64,000 bases of DNA from Lingula anatina (GCA_051362555.1 JBPQGU010000016.1:5766001-5830000), one strand, 5' to 3'. Counted from the first letter of the stretch, positions 41,561 through 51,647 are shown. Notes: a model not told the origin generated them from the letters alone. A program made the numbers and translations.

Positions 41561-42658
41561 CACAGTTAGTATGATGGCGTCTGGGAATGGTCTCTATAAG
41601 CGTAATTGCTGGGTTGTGCAATAATTTAAGCCTTCAGGTTTTTTATGTAACTGTACTCTGGTATACCCTGTATGAGGCTGTATCATATATGTTATATAGT
41701 TACAAAGATATGCATAACCTTTGCATACTTCAGTATACCCACCATGCAGTCTCTGTTCGTTAGATGTAAAATGGATAACTAAATTATACACAGAAACCTA
41801 CAGGGAAAAGAGGTTATTTGGCTTTAATCTTAAAACTTCTTTGATCACAAACATGATCAGTTCTAAGGAATCACTGCAATGTACAAGTGGAAATATCACA
41901 TTATTCCAAGAATGAATCTTCTCGCATGCACGGCGTATGTTTAGTGATATGGCCCTCAGAATTTTGTTTTATATTTTAGTCAGGGAGTTTGATAATGTTA
42001 ATATATTTGTAGATAGTTCTGCCATTAATGCAAGTAAAATTGGGGCCTTAATAATTAGATTTGATGAATGTTTGTTTTATGTATCCATTAATGTTTTAGG
42101 GTTATTGACTTTGGCACAGATTTGTAATTATTAAGTTTTGCGAATGTGTAAAAGGAATGATAGCCACAGTAGATTGTTAATGCTTCCAAATATACCCACA
42201 GTATTGTGTTAAGTTGTGAAAATAGACTTGTAAAAATAGATAAATCCATATTTAATACTTACATTAATGCAAAAGTAGTAGAAAGTTGCAAATGATCTGA
42301 AGCACTCTAAGAGAACAAAGAAGTGTACTAATTAAAGTTGGCTCTTTTCTAGAAAAGACAAGCTGTGCAGATGAGTTTTTTCATTTCGTCCAATTACTAA
42401 ATCATGTAGCAGCGCTTTGACAATTGTTTTGATTTCAGTTGACCAGCATGAGTTGACTTGCAAATAAGATCCAATACTAATGCTCCAAGCTTGCTTTTTA
42501 TGTACAGACACTGTGAGTGGATTCAGAACAGAGGACTAACTGATCTGCGGATCAAATATGGTGGTCTACCCACTAAAATGCTTTCCAATTAGACACTGAA
42601 TAGATTCCCCATGGGGATAATTCAACAAGCATTCAAGTGGATTGGCCATATTTGATCC

Positions 42659-42796
42659 GGGCCATATTTGATCAAATGTTCACTATAGAACCTTCGGACC
42701 AATGAACCCTTGATTAAAAAATCGATAAAAATGTTACCACTTTTCGGACCAATGAACCTTCGGACCAATGAACCTTCGGACTATCGAGACGCCCCC
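42659..42796. mobile_element. Short MITE with GGACCAATGAACC sub-repeats, 8-bp TSD
   Basis: Flanked by TTTGATCC (42651-58 and 42797-804). Same family as 55194-55352. Confidence 0.7.
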
Positions 42797-44264
42797 TTTG
42801 ATCCATGGATTCGTTAGGCTGCTGTACATTCTGAATACACTTTGTATGTCTGGACATATAGCCACCACCTGTCTGTGTACGCCATTAGCATCAGTGTGCA
42901 CTTGTCTCACTTTTTTTAAACATGTTTATTAGTTTATGAGAATTATAATTAGTGTTCCTCACTTAATCATAAAAAGGCAAATTGCATTTTTATCTGCATG
43001 GTTAGTTGATTTAGTTGAAAATGCACCACAGATTTCTTTTAACTCTATTGTATAGTAAACAAATAGTTTTTGATATACCTGTAGTTAATACACCCAATTA
43101 TGTATGATTTCTTATTAGCCAAAGAGTTAAGACCCTCTTAAATTTTGAGCACTTGAAATGGCATTTTGTAATTAATTTAATAAATAATAACTTATTTAAA
43201 GTGTAACAGTCTGCATATTCTCACTTGCACCATATATAGTGATGTCTGATGGTCCTCCCTCTATAGAGGAAATGAAGACAAAATGATAAACCGTAGGGCA
43301 GCCAGAGTTTTTATAACTCTGTTGTACATTATGACATCATATCAGCATGGCACATTACACACGTTAACAGCAAGTATAATTTGAGAAATGAGAAAGTAAG
43401 TGGAAAATGGCATATCAACATGTGTACCATTAGATTTGTTGCAATTATATGGTGATTTTGTGGTAGACGGGGTATGATGAAAAACCACTTCTTGACTTCA
43501 TATTTAACTTGGTTCAAACTCATTTAAAGTTGATTTATATAAATATCATATGAAGAAATTGACATTGACGTGATTTATCTTGACATCTTGTACTTGAGGT
43601 GAGTGTGTGTGGCGGGGGTGGGGGTGGGGGTGGTGGGGGTCTAGGGGGTGTAGGATGAAATTATAACGTTACCATTTCTAGTAACCTGAGGATATGTACA
43701 GCTAGGGTACCTCCTATAAAATTGGTTACTATTAGTACATGTATTACTATTAGTACATATATACATCTGTAATTTTCTTGTCTCTTTCTTAATCACAGTA
43801 AAAATCAAGTGATTAAGTTTGTTTAATAAGGATATTTGGGGGCCTTGGACTCACTGATCCACAGATCAAATATGGCCGACCCACTTGAAAGCTTGCTGCC
43901 AAAACCCCACATAGAATCCATTAGGGGAAAACAAGGAATCAGTTATTCCTTGGATCAACTTCTTTCTGAACAGGCCCTTAGATAATTTCTTAGGCATGGG
44001 ATTCTTATTGCAGACAGTCGCTGTCAAGAGTTCTGGCAAATATCCAGTACAGAAATACCTTTTTATGACCCATGAAACCCACATAGTCACTGATAACAAG
44101 AATATTGAAATGTGCAAAAATGGACCAGTTGAAGAGAAACCATGCAACTATTCATTTTGGCCAGAAAATGGATTTTCCTGGGGTAAGGGACAATTTTCCC
44201 ATCCTTACCAATGGATAATGAATCCATTATGACATTCAAAGTTAGTCCTTGGTTTTTTCTTAAA

Positions 44265-44295
<31 letters not shown>

Positions 44296-44854
44296 GTAAT
44301 ATTCCCTTAAGAAATTATTACAGAGTGTATACCCATCTATGGAGGTTACGTGATGTGATGGCAAGCACAAATTCCAGAATCATTGCATTAACCACTGTTT
44401 TGGTAGTAAAATAGAATTAATTATTATATTTCTGTAAGTTGTTTACAATGTATTTATTGTGCACTATGGATATCATAGAAACAGTTGTTATCCCTTTAAT
44501 TGTAATTGAAGCTGTGAAGCCCTGAGATCAGATGTTGTAGCTGAGATGTTACTCTTGCATGACCATAGTCACCTTGGATGTTGCTGATCCCTTCTAGCTG
44601 TTTGCAAAACTCAATTATGAAAATCTTTCCAGTTGTGTTCCAGGACTTTAAAGGACCTTTGGATACTGAATGTGTTCATGTATGATCAGTATATGATTGA
44701 AGATTGATTGTGCTTCTTTTTATTTTTTACGTTCTTTTACTTAATGTGGTAACTGTTTTTAGTAGTTGCAAAAACAATAGTTCTGGAAATAGACACATTT
44801 TCTGTCATCCACATTTATCTGAAGACAACCTCCCATTTGTTTTTCAATTGCAAG

Positions 44855-45030
44855 TATTCCTAGCTGACAAAACTGCCCACAGTTTCCTGACATATGGAGG
44901 GCGACGACGTCATAAACGAGCCAATAGCTTTTTTGAAGAGTTCAAAGAAGGCAATTTTGAGAGAGAATGTGTCGAGGAGACGTGTAGCTGGGATGAAGCC
45001 ATGGAGATCTATGAGAATTATGAGAGGGCT
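44855..45030 (+). CDS. Gla cassette exon A: gamma-carboxylase propeptide + furin site + Gla domain
   Basis: Acceptor TTTTCAATTGCAAG (phase 1) and donor GCT|GTGAGT (phase 0). Translation (V)[21 protein letters not shown]|[37 protein letters not shown] shows F/A/L propeptide spacing, an RxKR site and the ERECxEExC Gla loop. Confidence 0.93.
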
Positions 45031-46064
45031 GTGAGTTAAATGGCATGACATATATGCAACCATAAATATAGCATTTACTGTATGTATTATATGCAAAATG
45101 TATGCTGTTGTTTGCTACCTCAATCTGCATGTTTTACATATTATGTGCAATGTTTTTCTACATTAAACATATATACAGTATATGCATGTTAATATATATA
45201 CTGGTATATTCCATTTGTGCCCAGGTGTGAAATACTTATAATATGACATTATATATATTTTATGCCTGTATGGAATGTTTGCCTATAGCTATTTACCCTG
45301 CATGTTTTGGATATGTGCATTCTTATTTCAAGCTCTATAATCTCTATATATATGTGAACTGACCCATATCAGGTGCCAGACAACTATAGCTAGCTGTCAC
45401 TGTAATTATATACTCCTGCCTTGGTATACCCATGTTACTGACAGGTGGCATGTGTGTTTTTAATTTTTTTAATATGTTTTCTCTTCTAAGTTTCCTTTTT
45501 CTTTTACTTTCTGTTAGCAGAACAGGTGTGTTACACCCCCTTATCAGAGGACTGTATTCTTGGTGTCTTTATGTTTTTCTTTTTTCTGAAAATGTGTTTT
45601 GGGAAAGCATTTTATAGATTTTTTGTTGCCAAAACTCATTATTTACTTATGAATGACATCCCGTAATTGCTTGAAGTTAATGCCACACAGTTGTTGTTTT
45701 AACCAACAAAAGTAAAAATGAAAATGTCAGACAGCTACAGTAAATGATGCACAGTGGTTATGAGGCAAATACAGAAGGTAGCTTGAAACAGACTATTTCA
45801 CCTGGCACTGCAGGTAATTCCCACTGTGTAACAGACTCAGAACAGGTGTCTTGTTAGAATTCAGTTGTTGTTGTTTAAACAGATTGTTCAGGTGAAGGTG
45901 TGCATGCACTTATATAACCTGCATGGTCGGCTAAGTACATCAGTAAGCTTGAAAAACTTTTGTAAAACTGTGAAATATATTTGTTTTACAAGGCACTGAA
46001 CAGGCAATTTTCAGCATTTTTCAAGTGGACTCAGTCATTACATATTAAGTAACAAAATCAATTT

Positions 46065-46083
46065 GTGTATGTGTGTGTGTGTG

Positions 46084-46118
<35 letters not shown>
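46065..46118. repeat. (GT)n(GA)n microsatellite just upstream of exon B acceptor
   Basis: Seen directly; it ends about 35 nt before the AG at 46151-52. Confidence 0.9.
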
Positions 46119-46152
46119 TGTATTTTAGCATATCACATATTATGCTTTCCAG

Positions 46153-46331
46153 TATTTCTAGACCAGCATGATGCTAGAACTTTCCTGCATGCACATGCGC
46201 GTTCTAAGCGTGCGAACACGGGCTGGCTGGGTACGGAGGAGGTGCTGGCAGGGAACCTGGAGCGCGAGTGCGTAGAGGAAGTGTGTTCTTGGGAGGAAGC
46301 AAATGAAGTCTTTGAGAATGGAGAGAGAACC
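46153..46331 (+). CDS. Gla cassette exon B: second propeptide + furin site + Gla domain (not in ORF track)
   Basis: Acceptor TATGCTTTCCAG (phase 1) and donor ACC|GTAAGG (phase 0). Manual translation: (V)FLDQHDARTFLHAHARSKR|ANTGWLGTEEVLAGNLERECVEEVCSWEEANEVFENGERT, 59 full codons without a stop. Confidence 0.93.
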
Positions 46332-46830
46332 GTAAGGAGAAGCAGAATTGAGCAAGATGTCCTGATGCAGCTTATTGCATTTATTAAATTACTATTACTA
46401 TGTTATTTTTAATTCATATTATTTTTCAAATTAATGGACTTTGGCCCTTTTTAAAAAAAAATGAACAGAATATGCACTTTAAAGTGTTTAGATGAAGATA
46501 TAAATGTTTTTCCTTCTTTGCTTGCTAGTTTTATTGAACCATTTAACCAATAACCTATGAATTAAACCACTTGTAGGGACCCATGAGTACAATTCTATAC
46601 CTTCTGTGTGTATTTATATATGATTAATGAACTCCAAACATGACATGTTTAAAACATTATGGCTATATACTAGTAATGAATCTCAAAATCTGATATATCT
46701 TGGTACTAAAATTAACCCCCAGTGACTTATCTTTTACCCTATAACTATTTGTACATGTACCAGCTTTTATGTTCATATCCTGTCACTGTTTCACAATTGG
46801 TGTGATAATTACCATAAATATCTATTTCAG

Positions 46831-46855
46831 AGAGAGTACTGGGTAAGGAGAAATG
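46831..46855 (+). CDS. 25-nt aromatic-stack exon (REYWVRRN-D)
   Basis: TCTATTTCAG|AGA GAG TAC TGG GTA AGG AGA AAT G|GTATGT, phase 0 to 1. It links either Gla exon to EGF1 in frame, and its xE(Y/F)W motif matches factor IX exon 3 (TEFWKQYV-D). Confidence 0.88.
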
Positions 46856-47034
46856 GTATGTAATTTGTTTTAAATTATTCTTTAAATTATTGGAAATATA
46901 TTTTTATATGTAATGGAAAAATATAATTTAATTTGGCAATTGTTTGACATTTGACTTTGTTCCATGTTGTGACATATATACATTACAAAATCAGCTGTGA
47001 TAATTTTTTTAAGATTGGTCCATTTTTATGCCAG

Positions 47035-47154
47035 ATCCTAACCAGTGTGATTCCAACCCGTGTGTCTCAGAGGGGACCAGCAGATGTGAAGATTTATTCC
47101 AGAACTATAGATGTCACTGCAGGCAAGGATACACTGGAAGCAATTGTCACATCA
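47035..47154 (+). CDS. EGF1 exon of Gla-EGF protein
   Basis: (D)PNQCDSNPCVSEGTSRCEDLFQNYRCHCRQGYTGSNCHI; AG...GTGAGT boundaries, phase 1-1, 120 nt. Confidence 0.93.
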
Positions 47155-47376
47155 GTGAGTCAGAATGTCCACAAGCAACTCATATCAGCTGTCATATAGC
47201 AGTTTCAAGACATTTATGTACTTATATATAAAATTCCACAATATGGGCCTACCCTTAAGAGTTGAGTTGTTGTTTTTGTTTTATTAGGAGGAGAGAGGGT
47301 GGGGGAGATTATGTATATACTGAGTATTGCAGGAACTCACAAACCCAATCTGAAAAACATTTTTATCTGTTCTCAG

Positions 47377-47423
47377 ATATAGATGACTGTGGGACAAATT
47401 GTCTAAATGGAGCTATATGCACT
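47377..47423 (+). CDS. EGF2 first-half exon
   Basis: TTCTCAG|(N)IDDCGTNCLNGAICT|GTAGGT; phase 1-0, joins [10 protein letters not shown]. Confidence 0.88.
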
Positions 47424-47590
47424 GTAGGTATACAACTGTATAATATCTTTATTAATCATAGATTTTGACAACCCATTTAAAAACCTTATTTATGAAATTG
47501 CTTTGTTTATTGTATATGCTGCAAATTAAAAGATTGTGTTTAATATTGTCATTAATGGCATACAACTTTATGTATGTCTGTATATTAAAA

Positions 47591-47643
<53 letters not shown>

Positions 47644-47689
47644 TGACTTTAAAAATGAAAAGAATTCTGCTCACAATCTTACTCTCCAG

Positions 47690-47849
47690 GACCTGATCAA
47701 TGACTATCACTGCACCTGTGCCCCAGGATTCCGCGGCACTAACTGTGAAATTAACATTAACGAGTGCCAGAGCAACCCTTGTCAAAATGGCGGCACGTGT
47801 CAAGACGGAGCAAACCGTTGGAGCTGCCAGTGTGCTCCAGGATGGACAG
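47690..47849 (+). CDS. EGF2 second half + EGF3 exon
   Basis: CTCTCCAG|[53 protein letters not shown](G)|GTTAGT; phase 0-1. Confidence 0.93.
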
Positions 47850-48507
47850 GTTAGTGGTCGTTTTGAATTAGCTTTAATTTCAGACTGCTGCTGTTATTGT
47901 TTCAAATTGTTTCTAATATAGATTACATTAACCAAAAAGTGAGGGTATTAACTTGAAGAACCAGTTGGAAGCACAGGAAGCAAAGCTCCAGAACGTAATT
48001 ACCCATTATAATATTTCTCAGTTCCAGTTCATACTTATAAAACAAGTATACTCTTCTATCTGACCAACAAATGAATTCACAGTAACAGTTAATGGGACAG
48101 AAGTGTGTTAGCTAGTCAAATATTTGGGTAAATCCTACCTCCCCCTTCCCAAATTGGAGGAGGGTTGGGGAGCCAGCTTGCAGCATATCCTGGCCATATA
48201 CTGGACCCTTAGAGAGGAACAAAATTTACCAAATCTTATCTAGATTTCTTAATCTTATGATACATCATCATAGATATTTTATATAACAGTGCGAAAAGTA
48301 TCATTTGAGTACCATCATACCCTGTGCTTCTGACTGTGTGCTATCTCAATTTGTTACTATGGTAGTATGGTGAAAACTTAAGAATTTTGCTGGCTTTGAA
48401 AATTTTGTTAGCAGATGATTTTTCTGCTGAAGATTTTTTTCACTTTGAAAAATTACCCAAAACTAAAAAAGAGACTTGCTTATCAGCTTTAAAATGATTT
48501 CTATTAG

Positions 48508-48675
48508 GTGTATCCTGCCAGTTTGACATCAATGAATGTATGTCAGCACCTTGTCTGAACGGTGGGACGTGTAACAATCTGCAGAACATGTTTACCTGTG
48601 ATTGTGTCCAGGGATTTGCAGGGAATGGATGTGAAATTAATGTGGATGATTGTTACCTTGATCAGTGCCTGAATG
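48508..48675 (+). CDS. EGF3 end + EGF4 + EGF5 start exon
   Basis: CTATTAG|(G)VSCQFDINECMSAPCLNGGTCNNLQNMFTCDCVQGFAGNGCEINVDDCYLDQCLN(G)|GTATGG; phase 1-1. Confidence 0.93.
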
Positions 48676-48919
48676 GTATGGGGGTGTTTTTTAAGTATTG
48701 TTTGCATTCGATATTCCTGAGGACGTTGATATTAATACATTTTTCAATCTCAAAATGTGTTATAATATTTTCCTGGATTTTTTTCTTGTTTAAACAAACC
48801 ATGAAACTTTGTTGTTATAAGCTTGGCTTTATAATTTTGCAAAAACACATTTCTTTTCAAGAAAAATATCCTTATAATAATCAGACAAATAAGGTCTTTG
48901 TCATGTCTTCTTTCCCCAG

Positions 48920-49084
48920 GTGGTTCTTGCATTGATTTAGTCAATGACTTCAGCTGTATCTGTCCCCCAGGATTCTCTGGTCCCACATGTGAAGTCAACA
49001 TTAACGAGTGTGAGAGTTCTCCCTGCCTGAACCAAGCTACCTGTATTGATGCTGACAATGGCTTCCTGTGTGAATGTTTACCAG
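48920..49084 (+). CDS. EGF5 end + EGF6 (incomplete) exon; gene probably continues beyond window
   Basis: TTTCCCCAG|(G)GSCIDLVNDFSCICPPGFSGPTCEVNINECESSPCLNQATCIDADNGFLCECLP(G)|GTAGGT. The sixth Cys of EGF6 is missing and I found no matching next exon by eye up to 64000. Confidence 0.92.
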
Positions 49085-50321
49085 GTAGGTCACTCTGGTT
49101 GGTGTGTGGTCTGAATGGGATTGGATCAGAAAACCATTTTTTATGGCTGTTTTTGTTGTTATCAGATCTACTGGCATGGAAAACAACAATGGAGCACTGC
49201 AATTAGTGTCTAGTGTCTAGTTTCCAGTTTTGCTTTTCATAAATGAACCTGGCAATTAGGAACTTGTTTCATTTTTATATAAAGACTCTTTAATATATAC
49301 GTACCGATATATAAGTGTACCAGTACTCCCTTGTGCTATTCTAGCTTCCCTACAATACTAACAGTCAAGGTCACAAGAAAGTAGTTAATTTGGCTGCTCC
49401 TATTGGCTGGCCAACTCACCACACTGATAGGAAAAAAAACATTATGGGCCATGATGGGTGGTCATCTCGTTCTCAGTGTATGGCCTGGAGAGACCATTAC
49501 ACACTGCCTGGCTTCCAGGGTGAAGGTTACCTGCTGGTCACAGTAAACCCTAATCTCTGATTGCCCCTTCCTTCCTCCACTCCTGGTTCCCTCCACAAAA
49601 ATTATTCTAGTTTCTCAGTGTCAGAATTGATTTTGTAAAATGGTACTATTTTCTGGTGGCCAGAATGGTTTTTGAAAAATGAAGCTACATGTATGTTCTG
49701 GTTGCCAAGTTTTTTTTTTTAAAAAGGACACCGGTTTTTGGTTGATTTAATCATAGATATTGATCTGCGGTCTTTTTGGTCTCTGCGATGTCGAGGTGGA
49801 GGCCATAATTAATATTGAGCATGGCTTTTGCAATGAAGGCACTGCAGACACTGATCAGAGGTTGTCTCAGTCTCAGCCTCAGCGCACGGCAAGATAAAAC
49901 TGTTACACACTGCTTCAGCATACATGTTACAATACAGCTTCAGCGCCTGAAAGCTGCCTGTGTGCCGTAGACATTGATGGACAATTGACCCTTTTTCTGT
50001 CCACTCCTTTTTCTCTCCGCAAAAAACAATATGGTTGTTATTCCTATATTGAGAGAACCACATATCAAACAGGAGGATTTGTTTTATTCCACATATGATA
50101 TACACTAGCAGCTGCAAAGAGTTAAGACAATAATAATAAAAAAACAATAAATACCTCTCTATCTTTACCATGACACAATTAAAAAAACAACATGGAAAAC
50201 AAGTTAGTTTGTGATATTTTGTGAAATATGTCTTTGGAATCGCCATTGTATAACATGGTAGCCAATGGGTATCTCAAGCACCACATGACTAAAATTCAGT
50301 CAATAAAGCAGCAATCAGTAA

Positions 50322-51615
50322 AACCCCCTTTATACTGGACAGCATCCTTTCTGCGTCCTTTGTGCAACCATGAAACTGGCCAGGATGCCGTCGGACGCTC
50401 AAAGAACGCAAGATGATTGCCAAGATAGCACAAAGAACGTTCAAGCAACGCCAAGGACAACATGGACGCTGCAAAGTTTTGAGCATGTTCAAAACAATAG
50501 CAGAGAGAACGCCATGGAGGATGGACGTTGCAAGGTCGCTCAAGGGATGCAGAGAGAACGCACAAGGATCGCCGTGGTCGCAGAAAGAAGGCACAAGCAT
50601 CGCTTTGGTTGCAGAATGAATGCTCAACGATCGGCCAGTTGTAGGCACGTAAAGTATATTTTTCACTCTCAAACGGGGCCGCACTAGGGTATTTTTCACC
50701 AGAGACAGAAAAACTTAGGGCAACAGCTACTAGTGATCTCATACCAGCCTCCATTTGGTATTTCTTCCTAACATTCCTGAACCAATCCATTTTTGGAGAT
50801 AATTTTAGAACGAACATTTTGTTTTTTTTCAAGATCTTGTTGCAGTTTCTGTAGACTGTGTCTTTTGAAAATGGATTCAAAAGTTTTGTGGTGTCAGTCA
50901 GCCTTTCTGGTCTTCAGCACCTGTCCATCCATCTTATAAGGACAACAGTGATCATCTGGCTTACGGTAATGTGCCATGAATTTCGATCAGTAGAAAATAA
51001 TTCAATTTAGGAAAAGATCATTTGGCCGAAATTCATGAAATGGAGGTGCTCAGAACTTCCAAATGTACGAATTTCATGGAATTTGTCAATTTTGACCGGA
51101 AATTGTCTGTTCGTTGCTATGCCTTCTGTTATCTTCTCCCGACGATCTATTTAGAGTTACCATAATGTATGATGTGTGAGTGTCGGTAATTGCGACCAAA
51201 GGGATACACGTACTTTCACCCAATCACTGTGTATGGCCAAAGGTGCTAGATAACGAGCAGTATTGTTGGCTAGGGAAACAAAACAGCATCGTTATTAGTA
51301 GTGTCGTTTTTCAAAAGCGATTCTGGCAGCAAGAAACTAGTGTCGTCTTAATGGTTACTCAAAACATCGCAATGGACACTGTGGTTTGCACAGGGGACAC
51401 ACAGGGGAGGCAGACTGGACACTCAGTGGACACACAGGTCGCTGGCAGTTTTAATGGTAAAATCAGGATTCAGTCCTTCAAAGGACACTCAAGGAATGCA
51501 GATGCCTTTACACTGAGACACGATTTAATTACTTTGGCGACCATTAAGCTTCCTGGCCACATTTTTTGATCGCAGAAGGGATGCAGAGAAGACCCCCTCC
51601 AGTGTAAAGGGGCCT
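50322..51615 (-). mobile_element. Non-autonomous PIF/Harbinger element with TAA TSD
   Basis: TIRs AACCCCCTTTATACTGGA and AGGCCCCTTTACACTGGA (15/18). TAA at 50319-21 and 51616-18. The empty site GTCAGTAACATGCTAC is present in the paralogous flank at ~55841. The internal minus-strand remnant MEAGMRSLVAVALSFSVSGEKYPS resembles Harbinger transposase LEPGLKLAITLRFLATGDxYxS. Confidence 0.88.
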
Positions 51616-51647
51616 TAACATGCTACCTTTAGTCATTGCCAACATCA

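Noticed and set aside
42690-42790. GGACCAATGAACC repeats as a CRISPR-like array
   Set aside because: The context is eukaryotic, there are no unique spacers, and these are MITE sub-repeats with an 8-bp TSD.
43545-43605. Strong donor GAG|GTGAGT with nearby ATG as Gla first exon
   Set aside because: The ATG frame stops after 7 codons, and another frame (DIDVIYLD) looks like a LINE reverse-transcriptase scrap.
44704-44854. Hydrophobic in-frame extension ([16 protein letters not shown]) upstream of Gla exon A as a signal peptide
   Set aside because: It starts at TTG just after a TGA with no in-frame ATG, and T-rich intron sequence explains the hydrophobicity. The acceptor at 44854 matches the conserved intron position.
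45585-45617. ENVFWESIL as a second aromatic-stack exon between A and B (would allow tandem Gla)
   Set aside because: It has no flanking AG or GT sites, and it ends in a stop.
45744-45813. ATG-initiated phase-1 exon MMHSGYEANTEGSLKQTISPGTA|GTAATT as private first exon for exon B
   Set aside because: It is in frame with a fair donor, but it is not a signal peptide and shows no promoter features. Probably chance, though not excluded without 5' RACE.
47035-49084. Naming the gene Notch, Delta, F9, F10 or GAS6
   Set aside because: The domain combination fits none of these and the C-terminus is outside the window, so no symbol was assigned.
50228-51569. Many overlapping ORFs on both strands
   Set aside because: They lie almost entirely in the GC-richer Harbinger element and are not host genes.
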